Origin: Prochlorococcus marinus str. NATL2A
GTDB taxonomy: Bacteria > Cyanobacteriota > Cyanobacteriia > PCC-6307 > Cyanobiaceae
DNA length: 32,000 nucleotides
NCBI RefSeq assembly: GCF_000012465.1
Contig: NC_007335.2
Coordinates: 1,320,001-1,352,000 of the forward strand
Direction: 5' to 3'
In this document: positions 1 through 8,304 of the stretch, in pieces
Position numbering within the stretch: position 1 is the stretch's first letter
Layout: the number at the start of each line of letters is the position of its first letter
Translations under genes and position numbers: made by a program
The notes under the pieces: generated by a model
The model's database searches: none
What the model was told of the DNA's origin: nothing
Seen by the model: the letters and a program-made list of their open reading frames with translations, nothing else

Positions 1-1598
1 CATTTGATTGTTATGTAAAAGTAACTAAAATTGATCCAAAATTTCCTAATATTTACGAGACCATAACAAGTTTTCTAGGAAACTCAAATTCATCTCTACT
101 AAATCACACTAAACTTATAGATATTTTAAATCTTCTATTAGAAAGAAATGACATCACACATAACGAATTATTTGCAGCATTTAACTTTTTATATAATGAT
201 AAAATAATCTCTCATTTAGAAAAACTTGATTCAGATTTATTTAAAGAGGAATCATTTAAATTATTTATTAATGATAAACTTATAATGAAAGCACTTAAAA
301 AAATAACTTTTAAGGATCTTAGATTGGAGAAAATACTAACTAGGATAAGAAAATATATATGCGAAGTGATTAGCAATAACACAGAAGAAATAGATTACTC
401 TGAATTACAATTTATTATTGCTTTAGGAGAACAATGCTTCCTAAATGAATATATTTACTCACTATCAGAAGAGGAAGATTCATTTCTTAGTACAATAATG
501 AATAGATGTATTAATGGCGAAATAAGTGAAACAAATATTTCAATTCTATCTTGTTATTTTCCCTTATATAAACTTCTTGATAAGTTGCCATCATTAAATT
601 CTTTTAATTCCTCTAATCAAAGCTTAAAAGAACTTATCAAATTACAAATATTAGAGCCCTTAGAAGAAATAGAATTGTCTAAAAGTATAAAAAAAATAGG
701 TTTTATTTATGATGATATTTCTCAAAAGGTGAAATCTCAATACGAAGAAAATCCATTTCCCAGATGGAGATATGGAAGCAACTTAGGAAGTCATAAAGTC
801 TCTATTAGTCAAGCAATTAACAATGAAATTAAACCTAACTTTATAAGTCAAAATTTAAGTGATAGTAATTTAAAGGTTCTCATTGCTGGATGTGGAACTG
901 GTAATCAAATCTTACAAGCACAGAGATATAAAAATGCTCAGATAACATGTATCGACTTAAGTATATCTAGTCTTTCTTACGCTCAAAGAAAAATAAATGA
1001 ACTTAAAATTAATAATGTTGAATTAATTCAAATGGATATTTTAGAGGTTTCTTTATTAAAGACTAAATTCGATATTATTGAATGTGGTGGTGTTTTACAT
1101 CACATGAAAGAACCTAATTTAGGGTTAGATTGTTTATTGGATTGTATTGATAAAAATGGTTTTCTCAAGCTAGCTTTGTATAGCAGAATTGCGATCAAAG
1201 ATGTAATTGCTGCCGCCCAACATATTGCCTCAAGGAATTTGGAACCTACTTTAGAAAATATTCATTTATTCAGAGAGGAAGTTTTTTCAGGCAAGTATCC
1301 TGGAAATAAAGATTTTGTCAACTTCAGGGATTTCTACTCTTCATCCGAGTTTCGTGATTTTTTCTTTCATTATCAAGCACATTATATTTATCTAAGTCAA
1401 CTCCAAGAAGTATTGAAGACAAGATCCTTGAAATTCTTAGGCTTTTTGCTATCTCAATCGACTAAATCTCTCTACAAAAACTATTTCCCTGAAGATAAAA
1501 AACAAACCAACTTAGATAACTGGGCAAAGTTTGAAGAGAAGCATCCAAATACTTTCAGAGGAATGTATCAATTCTGGGTTTGTAAAACTAAAAACTGA
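1..1598 (+). CDS. Class I SAM-dependent methyltransferase, 5-prime partial (gene starts left of the window)
   Basis: The frame of the listed Met at 285 stays open back to base 3 (FDCYVKVTKIDPKFPNIYETI...), so the ORF enters from outside the window. The C-terminal half has SAM-binding motif I, VLIAGCGTGNQ. This is followed by ITCIDLS and FDIIECGGVLHHM, the usual class I methyltransferase order. The first residues look like the tail of a TPR-type helix pair (tentative). Confidence 0.8.
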   Translation, partial: FDCYVKVTKIDPKFPNIYETITSFLGNSNSSLLNHTKLIDILNLLLERNDITHNELFAAFNFLYNDKIISHLEKLDSDLFKEESFKLFINDKLIMKALKKITFKDLRLEKILTRIRKYICEVISNNTEEIDYSELQFIIALGEQCFLNEYIYSLSEEEDSFLSTIMNRCINGEISETNISILSCYFPLYKLLDKLPSLNSFNSSNQSLKELIKLQILEPLEEIELSKSIKKIGFIYDDISQKVKSQYEENPFPRWRYGSNLGSHKVSISQAINNEIKPNFISQNLSDSNLKVLIAGCGTGNQILQAQRYKNAQITCIDLSISSLSYAQRKINELKINNVELIQMDILEVSLLKTKFDIIECGGVLHHMKEPNLGLDCLLDCIDKNGFLKLALYSRIAIKDVIAAAQHIASRNLEPTLENIHLFREEVFSGKYPGNKDFVNFRDFYSSSEFRDFFFHYQAHYIYLSQLQEVLKTRSLKFLGFLLSQSTKSLYKNYFPEDKKQTNLDNWAKFEEKHPNTFRGMYQFWVCKTKN

Positions 1599-1605
1599 GT
1601 GCATC

Positions 1606-1971
1606 CTAGATTTTTCTAACTCGATTGTTATACGAGGAATCAGCAGCTAATCCAGCCAGGGAAATTATTTGTTTCGAGCAGGCAGCAACACCACTGGATT
1701 GGTTATTGATAAGTCTAAGTCCTTTCTGCATCCCCTGTTCAAGATTTACGAGTAGTTTTGCAACCATTTGCGGCCGCTCAATATTGATCTCTTCAAAGTC
1801 TTGAACAATCAAGTCCATTGCCTTGGCTGTGATCCTTCGATCTTGCCCTCTGCTTAATTCGTACTCTTGGGTCACTCGGCTCGTTACGACAATGCAGCTG
1901 TAGCCTTGAGCAAGCAAGTCAGCAGGAAAACCTGCCCTTAATTCCATCTCTTGTTTATTAGCTTTTTTCAT
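1606..1971 (-). CDS. 121 aa small protein with a degenerate helix-turn-helix-like segment; intact copy (A) of a repeated island module
   Basis: ATG-initiated ORF, convergent with the methyltransferase. A decayed paralog at 12370-12719 reads GHS*TVTTTEIAEKYGLSRR*ARRVTAKAMDLI, a resolvase/transposase-style HTH pattern. The copy A equivalent is GYSCIVVTSRVTQEYELSRGQDRRITAKAMDLI. I recognise no named family. Confidence 0.6.
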   Translation of the reverse strand: MKKANKQEMELRAGFPADLLAQGYSCIVVTSRVTQEYELSRGQDRRITAKAMDLIVQDFEEINIERPQMVAKLLVNLEQGMQKGLRLINNQSSGVAACSKQIISLAGLAADSSYNNRVRKI

Positions 1972-2345
1972 ATTCCAGCTCGATGCAATGTAGATTCAAT
2001 TCCCTCTGGAGCATGTGAATACAAAGTGCCAACTCAGGAACCAAAGAAGGCATTAGATACCAAGATTGACTCTTTTCTATTATTGAGAAGGCGGAAGTCA
2101 TTGCGTATGCGACAGTTAAAAAATCAGAGTGAATGACTTTAGTCATTTGAGATTTTCTACGTTGCTATTTGGCGTGAGCTTATAAATTTGATCAATCATA
2201 TAAACAGTCAAAGTAATAATTAAAGTAGCTGAATAACCCAATAATTACAATTCAATTAGATTTCTTATCTGGTTTCAATTTGCGATATAGGCACTGCATT
2301 TGTGGCTCTTATTTATGTATAAACAAATAACAAATAAAACGCTAG
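1611..2345. repeat. Copy A of a ~0.73 kb dispersed direct repeat (partner at 12365-13085)
   Basis: The two stretches align by eye over the whole length, from ...ctcgattgttat... to ...ataaacaaataa.aaataaaa. A 70-nt core (1763-1832 vs 12511-12580) matches at 66 of 70 positions and contains GCGGCCGC. Confidence 0.9.
2132..2147. promoter_or_regulatory. Perfect palindrome AATGACT-TT-AGTCATT (candidate operator or RNA hairpin), conserved in both repeat copies
   Basis: The 7-bp arms are exact reverse complements. An identical copy sits at 12879-12894. It spans the ATGA stop/start overlap between the small TM ORF and the 62 aa ORF on the minus strand. Confidence 0.35.
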
Positions 2346-2471
2346 AATGAAGTCAAATAACGAATAGTCTTAATAAATATTGCTAGGGATATCCTGCGAA
2401 CTATCCTGAGAGTTGCTTTACAATACTTAGCTCTAAACCCAGTCATGCCAATGCTTTGCGAGAGAACATTA

Positions 2472-2518
2472 ACTGCCTTCTAAGCAGTGGGCCGCTGGTT
2501 CGAATCCAGCAGGGAGCG
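2472..2518 (+). pseudogene. Orphan 3-prime half of tRNA-Arg(UCU): anticodon arm to discriminator, no 5-prime half (att-like scar)
   Basis: Anticodon stem actgc/gcagt with loop cTTCTAa (anticodon TCT). Variable loop gggcc. T arm gctgg-ttcgaat-ccagc. Acceptor 3-prime strand agggagc plus g. The expected complementary 5-prime acceptor strand gctccct is absent upstream. Confidence 0.75.
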
Positions 2519-2755
2519 TTAAAATAATCCGAAGACACCAAGTTTTCTAAAGTTAAGAGTGATGATCGACGAAGTTCATTAAAGCGTAGAAGAGATAATT
2601 TACGGCCAAGAAAGTATATTTGCCCTCTAATCAAGCGCCATAACTAGTTAAAGTGACTGTTTTCTAAGCAAGTGTAGAAAAACTAATATTTTGAATTGGG
2701 GCTAATCAATTCAAGAAAATAGATCTATAGAAAAAGCTTAATAAGTTCAATCCAC

Positions 2756-3238
2756 TCAAGCCAATCCCACGCCTCTTGCCATAAGTGTTGCTAAAAAAGG
2801 AATTGAAGCAAAGCCAACTAGTTCAATATTAATTATTAATCTTAATCTTGAAACCAGATTCTCCGTAACTTTAGGAAGAGTCCCCTTGCTGAGAGGGATT
2901 GCCCATAAAACATATGTAATTGTCGGATAAAGAGATAGAGATCCAACTAAAGCAAAGACTATTATTTTAATCCAAAAAATAGGATTTTCTGTATAAAATT
3001 CAGAGCCCTGCCCAAACTTTATAACTCTATAAATGCCGCTTACCAACAGAGCAATCCCAGCAATTCCATAGATAATATCTGCAATGACCATAGATATTGC
3101 TTCTTGCCTATTTGGATCAACCTTCAATGAGATACGTTCAAACAACAAAGCTCCAAAACAGAGCATAAAGCTCAAATAATGAATGTAAGCAACGGAAGCA
3201 GATTGCAATAAATCAGGGGGGAAAACTATTCCTAGCAC
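2756..3238 (-). CDS. Conserved integral membrane protein, about 4 TM segments (possibly DUF2214-like; family name from memory, tentative)
   Basis: 160 aa ORF with four long hydrophobic stretches (e.g. YIHYLSFMLCFGALLF, IIYGIAGIALLVSGI, IFWIKIIVFALVGSLSLY, ELVGFASIPFLATLMA). Confidence 0.6.
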   Translation of the reverse strand: MLGIVFPPDLLQSASVAYIHYLSFMLCFGALLFERISLKVDPNRQEAISMVIADIIYGIAGIALLVSGIYRVIKFGQGSEFYTENPIFWIKIIVFALVGSLSLYPTITYVLWAIPLSKGTLPKVTENLVSRLRLIINIELVGFASIPFLATLMARGVGLA

Positions 3239-3510
3239 AATGACCTTTCCTAATCAACTTATACATTAGAGAGAATCATAAATCACAGTGCGTGATTAGA
3301 GAAGCTAATTGCCAAATAAACAAATTTTGAATTCACATGAACAAAAGATTCCGAAATATAACCTGGTCCCAATCTGTTTTAAAAAAGCTAGTCTTGCTAG
3401 TCTTCCTTAGATAATTGTGTTCAAATATTATAAGGGTCTACTACAAATATTATAAAATCTATTAGTCAATGTATTTTAGTAGATCATTTTACTATTTTTC
3501 CTAATAGATT

Positions 3511-3909
3511 ATGAAAACTTTGTTCAAAAAAATAAATTTGAGGCTATTTGCCTTTATTATTTTAATAATTTCAACATTGTTTATTTTTCATACAGATGAA
3601 TTATATGCATCAGAAAGTGTTGACTCTACTTTAATAAAAAAAGCATCTCGATCATATACCAAAAAATTCTGCAACTCCATTGGATTTGGACTATCCAAGG
3701 AAAGCTCTATGAACTTTTCCCTAAAAGAAAATAATCAAGTATTTAACAAAAGAAAAAATTTTAAAAATATAAACAAAGAAGCTCTTGCTGAAGAAATAGC
3801 AATAGGAGTTATTGAAAAATGTGGGTACCCAATCAAACTATCAGGAGAGAAGGGTATTATGGAATTCAAAAATTACTATCTATCAAAAGACAAGGAATCT
3901 ACAGAATAA
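3511..3909 (+). CDS. Hypothetical exported or membrane-anchored protein
   Basis: 132 aa ORF with an N-terminal basic stretch plus hydrophobic segment (KKINLRLFAFIILIISTLFIF) and a Lys-rich, AT-rich body. No recognisable motif. Confidence 0.45.
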   Translation: MKTLFKKINLRLFAFIILIISTLFIFHTDELYASESVDSTLIKKASRSYTKKFCNSIGFGLSKESSMNFSLKENNQVFNKRKNFKNINKEALAEEIAIGVIEKCGYPIKLSGEKGIMEFKNYYLSKDKESTE

Positions 3910-4113
3910 AATAAAATGTTAAATACGGATTATAAAAAAATAAAATTAGTCAATGGGCTATATTAAGCCTTTAAAATAAATATTTTTACTTACAATATAT
4001 TTAAAAAATTTTTATACATCTCAAAAAAAGATGGTAGAAATAAAGATTTATTTAATTAAATAAATCAATTAAATAGCAGCCAATACCGCAGGTGGTGGAT
4101 ATCAGAATACATT

Positions 4114-4690
4114 TTAACTAGTAATACATTTAGATTTCAAAAACATGCTCACCTCTACAATTAAATCCCTTTCAAGTTTATTAATATGTCCTCCTAGTTG
4201 CCATGGAGTTTCCTCATAATTAATTTTGATTGATTTTTGCCTAATCAGATCTCCCATATCAACTTTTTCGGAGACATAGTGAACTGAGCATCCACCATAA
4301 ATTTCTTTAGCTGCCATAACAGCTTCTTGAACCTTTACTCCATACATTCCTATCCCCCCATAACGTGGCAATAAGGAAGGATGTGTATTTATAAGCTTAC
4401 CTTTCCATTTCGCACAAATTTTACTACTAATAATCGGCATATAACCTGCAAGTACAATCAGATTTGTATCTAAAGGCAATAACTTATCAAGTTGATCTGA
4501 CTTCACACTATTGGAGACCTCAGATTCAACATAACCTATAGGTATTTTATATTTTTTTTGCTTTATCTATTGCACCGCATTCTCTATCAACGACTAATTT
4601 AGTAACTTGATAGCCTTTATAATTCTGATTCTTGACAATAGATTCGAAGATTGCCCCATCTGAAGAAGAGCAGGCTACAACTTTATACAT
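4114..4690 (-). pseudogene. PurN-like formyltransferase interrupted by a frameshift in a T8/A8 homopolymer
   Basis: The ATG at 4690 gives MYKVVACSSSDGAIFESIVKNQNYKGYQVTKLVVDRECGAIDKAKKI, then a stop. Shifting one base inside the run at 4552-4559 continues as KYKIPIGYVESEVSNSVKSDQLDKLLPLDTNLIVLAGYM..., which is the listed 4114-4506 ORF. That ORF carries the formyltransferase motifs NTHPSLLP and SVHYVSEKVDMGD. Confidence 0.75.
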
Positions 4691-4745
4691 AAAGCATAGA
4701 AATACTCAAAAGAAATTATTTTTTACTAGTAGATATATACATTAT

Positions 4746-4780
4746 AGTAAATATAGATAAATATACTATCTATATTTACT
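4746..4780. repeat. Perfect 14-bp inverted repeat with a 7-nt loop (AGTAAATATAGATA-aatatac-TATCTATATTTACT)
   Basis: The arms 4746-4759 and 4767-4780 are exact reverse complements. It lies between tRNA-Ala and the formyltransferase start, directly after a 37-nt motif that recurs at 14021-14057. Confidence 0.7.
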
Positions 4781-4923
4781 ATTGGCTAGAAATCCATCAC
4801 TAATTGCTATCGCAAGTTTATATATCTAAATGCACTAACTTTTGCACTAAATTTACTTGAGACGGGCTTTAAGACCTTTGAGGATGAAGCTCTAATTCCT
4901 TTAATGTCAACACTTTTGAAGAA

Positions 4924-4996
4924 TGGAGCCAAGCGGACTCGAACCGCTGACCCCCTGCATGCCATGCAGGTGCTCTACCAGCTGAGCTATGGCCCC
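4924..4996 (-). tRNA. tRNA-Ala(GGC), intact, no encoded CCA
   Basis: The reverse complement folds as GGGGCCA-TA-GCTC-AGCTGGTA-GAGC-A-CCTGC-ATGGCAT-GCAGG-GGGTC-AGCGG-TTCGAGT-CCGCT-TGGCTCC-A. All four stems pair. The G3:U70 alanine identity pair is present. The anticodon is GGC. Confidence 0.95.
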
Positions 4997-5341
4997 ATGT
5001 GTGGTTTTTACTAGTTATACCAAGCAATTGGAGAGATTCTGGTAAATCGGTGATCTTGCTTGATACCGCTTGATATTGTGCATAATATAGCAAGATCCCG
5101 CCACTAATCCCGCCAAAGCGGCCTAGTAATGACAATGGCTTTACGGCAGAACTGAAGCAAATTGATGCGTCAGACCTACTTCTCGATAAAAAGTGTTATT
5201 GGTTCTCTGTTACTTTCTATCCAAAAAATAGTAGAAGCTCTTGTAAATGGATCTTTTAGGGGTTGCTCTTGCTAAAGCTTTGTTGTATTCCTCAGAATCA
5301 ATATATTTTGCATCTAGCGTGAATATTCCCACAGACAACCT

Positions 5342-5776
5342 CTAAAGCTTTTTTGTGTAAAAATTTTCAATGAGGTTAAATCCGTTTTTCCTATAAAATT
5401 GATCAACCTCGCTTGATCTCGATTCGGCTTCTAGCTTTATATTCGTGATATTGTGGTCACGGGAAAATTCCTCAATTCGCGATATTAATAGTGATCCCAA
5501 TCTTTTTCGGCGATACGTCTTGACTACAGCAATGGAAGAAACAAATAAGCTCGAATCACGATAATTCAGATAAAAAGCAGAGTGGCCGACGTCAGATACA
5601 TTCCTTACTGCAAATAGATTATATGCGAGAGTTGCAAGTTTGATTGAATAATTTTCTAGATTTAACCTTAGTCTTAAAGGAGTCTCAAAATCATCGCTTA
5701 AATTATATAAAAATTTTTTAATTCTCAAGGCCTTGGCTTGACCTGGTCTATTTATTTCAATCTTCATCAAATACAT
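5342..5776 (-). CDS. GNAT-family N-acetyltransferase
   Basis: 144 aa. Acetyl-CoA binding motif A is VVKTYRRKRLGSLLISRIEEF, and the C-terminal FYRKNGF is typical of GNAT folds. Confidence 0.8.
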   Translation of the reverse strand: MYLMKIEINRPGQAKALRIKKFLYNLSDDFETPLRLRLNLENYSIKLATLAYNLFAVRNVSDVGHSAFYLNYRDSSLFVSSIAVVKTYRRKRLGSLLISRIEEFSRDHNITNIKLEAESRSSEVDQFYRKNGFNLIENFYTKKL

Positions 5777-5834
5777 GAATGAATTGATTGCAAATGGATG
5801 AACTGAAGCATTTGAGGTAATTCTAATGTCTACT

Positions 5835-6527
5835 TTAAATAATATTATTTTTCACTTCATCAAAAGTGCATGACATACAGATATCTAAAATCGACATATA
5901 CGGTTGAAATTGGCAGGATAGTTGTGGATATTCTTCTATCCTTGGTTTCAAAAAACGTAGATTTATGCCCAACTTCTGGAAATCATCCCTTTCATATAAA
6001 TGCTCTCCTCCCACTGGATTTATATAGCTTTCTGCACCAAGTTCAGTGCATATAGCCTTTACACGTTCTGCCGAATTCAGCGAGTGATCACACGCAATTG
6101 AGGATGACACAACCAACTGAGCCCTTAAACCTAATACGTCCTTAAAAATAGCCACTGAGTTGTATATAAATTCAAAAAGGTTATTTTCATTTGCGTTAAA
6201 ACATCTTTCAATTAAATTGAAGCACGGATGGAAGTTTTTTGATACGGCGTACGCATCCTTGATTTTTCTTAATGTTTTTGCCGATTCTAATTTATATGTC
6301 TCGGCCAAATAACGATCTTTAATTTGCAGCGAATTCGAGGCTTTCATTAAAGGAATAGAAAATAATTTAATTTTACCGTTGCTTAGGTATCTGTTCCTGT
6401 TTACCCATCCTTTCTTTGTGTATTTAATGTTGTCATAAACTACAAAAATGTCAGACGCTTTCATTAGCTGCCAATATCCAATATATGGCAAAAAATAAGG
6501 CTGCATTATTGCTATTGTTTTACCCAT
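5835..6527 (-). CDS. WbqC-like family protein (glycan/O-antigen cluster associated, function unknown)
   Basis: The N-terminus IAIMQPYFLPYIGYWQLM matches the characteristic WbqC-family start. It overlaps the upstream pyruvyl transferase by 8 nt, suggesting an operon. Confidence 0.7.
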   Translation of the reverse strand: MGKTIAIMQPYFLPYIGYWQLMKASDIFVVYDNIKYTKKGWVNRNRYLSNGKIKLFSIPLMKASNSLQIKDRYLAETYKLESAKTLRKIKDAYAVSKNFHPCFNLIERCFNANENNLFEFIYNSVAIFKDVLGLRAQLVVSSSIACDHSLNSAERVKAICTELGAESYINPVGGEHLYERDDFQKLGINLRFLKPRIEEYPQLSCQFQPYMSILDICMSCTFDEVKNNII

Positions 6528-7833
6528 AAATTAGCTGTTTTAGGAGATCAAAGTTTTGATTTGCCATTGCTTTTATTTTTGGAATTTGGATTTCAAGGTG
6601 TTTTTTATATTCTAATTTATTAGCAAAACAGGTATTGGTTTTTTGCTTTAAATCTTCGTATGAGTCTGGGTTGGCAAGATATTGTTGTATTTCTAGATTT
6701 TCAACTAGACCTTGTAATTTATGTGCTTTAGGCTCGTGGCCATAATCTATTATTACAGTTGGGATGCATTCAGCTAAAGCTGCAATCGCTCCGTGCATTC
6801 TACCACTGATTAACATATCAAAATTGCTGATAATCGACTTAGTTTCTCGCGCATCATAGACATCATTGATTGTATGAACGTCTTGAATAGAGCCACGTTT
6901 CACAAGAAGTTGTTCAAGTTGTTTAATAATGAAGTAGTCTCGTCCATGCTCTAATTTGAATGGTATTTTTGGATCAATATTAAAACCATTCGAGTGTGAC
7001 ATTAATACAACATTAGCATTCAATTTAGAAGTAATATGTTCGATAGTTTTTGCGAAAACTATAAAATCTTCGTCAGGCCTCACTTTTTTATCAAAAGGTC
7101 CTGAAACGAAATTCCATCCACATAATATGAAACCAACAACAGGCTTATTTTGATTTAATTTTTTACTACTTTTGAAGCTTTCATTAAGGATGTTAATTCT
7201 ATTATTATTGCTGAACAAAAAAGATGGGCATGAGAGGCTTTGGGTTTTAGATGTATCAAAGTTATTATTTTTTAAGATTCTTGTACTTATTGAGTCGCGA
7301 TTAGTGACTAAATCGAAAGATTTGTATACCTCTTGTGCAAAGATCAGTGTCTCTTTATTTGAAAATGGACCTGGAGATCCTGCTATCATTGCGACATTTT
7401 TTCCTAAAAGTTGTGCAACGCGATCTTTAATTAAACCAATAAGAAATCTATTTTCCCCTAAAAAATTAGAATTATCACCCCAAATATCACCACTAAAATC
7501 AATAACTAATTCAGATTTGAAAACTTCTTTTATAAAAGGTGTCATCTCTTTTATGAAACTATTCTTCGAATATTCCCGCGCTATATTGAGTTCATGCTTG
7601 GCTGTAGTTAAATCGCATTCCGACCACCCGTAATAATACTCCATTGGTAATATAGTTATATTCTCTCTTTTGCAAAATTCCCTAGACAGCTGAAATGTTG
7701 TCGTTAGAGTAGCTGTAGGAAAAACTCTTCTAACTCCTTGTATTAACGACTCAATAATATAATAATTACCTATATTTCCATATTCCATTCTTCCCCAGTG
7801 AAGAGTACATTGTCCTATCAGTAGAATATTCAA
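6520..7833 (-). CDS. Polysaccharide pyruvyl transferase family protein (CsaB/WcaK-like)
   Basis: 437 aa. The N-terminus is NILLIGQ...GNIGNYYI. The C-terminal MLISGRMHGAIAALAECIPTVII is the conserved R-x-H-G/A core of the family. TTG start in the ORF track. Confidence 0.75.
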   Translation of the reverse strand: MNILLIGQCTLHWGRMEYGNIGNYYIIESLIQGVRRVFPTATLTTTFQLSREFCKRENITILPMEYYYGWSECDLTTAKHELNIAREYSKNSFIKEMTPFIKEVFKSELVIDFSGDIWGDNSNFLGENRFLIGLIKDRVAQLLGKNVAMIAGSPGPFSNKETLIFAQEVYKSFDLVTNRDSISTRILKNNNFDTSKTQSLSCPSFLFSNNNRINILNESFKSSKKLNQNKPVVGFILCGWNFVSGPFDKKVRPDEDFIVFAKTIEHITSKLNANVVLMSHSNGFNIDPKIPFKLEHGRDYFIIKQLEQLLVKRGSIQDVHTINDVYDARETKSIISNFDMLISGRMHGAIAALAECIPTVIIDYGHEPKAHKLQGLVENLEIQQYLANPDSYEDLKQKTNTCFANKLEYKKHLEIQIPKIKAMANQNFDLLKQLIYG

Positions 7834-8164
7834 TTTAGTGCGGCTTTAGTGTATTTCTATTTTACACATTACTCCTGATAAATATCACTTATTTTTTAAT
7901 ATTTATATAGCTTGCTTGGGTTTATTTTCGTCTAGTTTTTCTCTTGAGTGTTTATAGTATCTAGAGATTTTGCCATAGCATTAATCTTTATAATCAGCTC
8001 ACAATTCAAGGGCTGCTCGGAGGTCGTCAGAGCCAAAACCCACACGGAAACACATTCAGCCGCAAAGCAGTTTTCGCACCAAAATCACACCAAACAACGG
8101 AACACGCACTCTAAGTACTAAATCCAGATAGTCTAAAAACCAGGCTGTACAAGGGATCTCTAAA

Positions 8165-8184
8165 TGGAGCCAAGCGGATTCGAA
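8165..8184 (-). pseudogene. 3-prime terminal fragment of tRNA-Ala(GGC) (att-like direct repeat of 4924-4943)
   Basis: tggagccaagcggattcgaa vs tggagccaagcggactcgaa in the intact gene, 19 of 20 identical and in the same orientation. No remainder of the tRNA follows. Confidence 0.8.
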
Positions 8185-8304
8185 GATTTCTGTTTCTTGG
8201 AGATCGAGTACTACTTAGATTGAAAAGGATCAATTTATTTTGAAAGTTAACCCCTCAATGCAAGGTATAATTCTCACTAATAGATCCTTTGCAAAATAAA
8301 TAAT

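Noticed and set aside
1771-1778. GCGGCCGC (NotI site) conserved in both module copies, an 8-nt GC-only word in an AT-rich island
   Set aside because: It is striking by eye, but it sits inside the coding core (ERPQM) of the HTH-like gene and is explained by conserved codons. There is no independent evidence for a separate function.
1951-2146. Plus-strand 61 aa ORF (1951-2136) opposite the 62 aa minus-strand ORF
   Set aside because: The two are mutually exclusive shadows. Only the minus-strand one fits the overlapping gene chain. Even that one shows about as many non-synonymous as synonymous differences against copy B, so I report it only as part of a hypothesis, not as a feature.
2443-2634. 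63 aa minus-strand ORF from the track
   Set aside because: It is read straight through the tRNA-Arg 3-prime fragment (the ...NAPCWIRTSGPLLRRQ... segment is the complement of the T arm and anticodon arm). It has no coding-like features otherwise, so it is an artefact.
4869-5135. 88 aa minus-strand ORF from the track
   Set aside because: Its C-terminal portion (GHSSAGRAPAWHAGGQRFESAWLHS) is a translation through the tRNA-Ala(GGC) gene, so it is not a protein gene.
5215-5339. ~40 aa minus-strand ORF (SVGIFTLDAKYIDSEEYNKALARATPKRSIYKSFYYFLDRK) just downstream of the GNAT gene
   Set aside because: It has only a TTG/GTG start, no recognisable motif and is very short. It could be a gene fragment or chance. 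Evidence is insufficient to call it.
5870-7633. Plus-strand ORFs 5870-6055, 6956-7153 and 7172-7633, antisense to the WbqC-like and pyruvyl transferase genes
   Set aside because: They are low-complexity, Leu/Ser/Lys-rich shadow ORFs opposite genes with clear family motifs. This is typical of AT-rich antisense frames.
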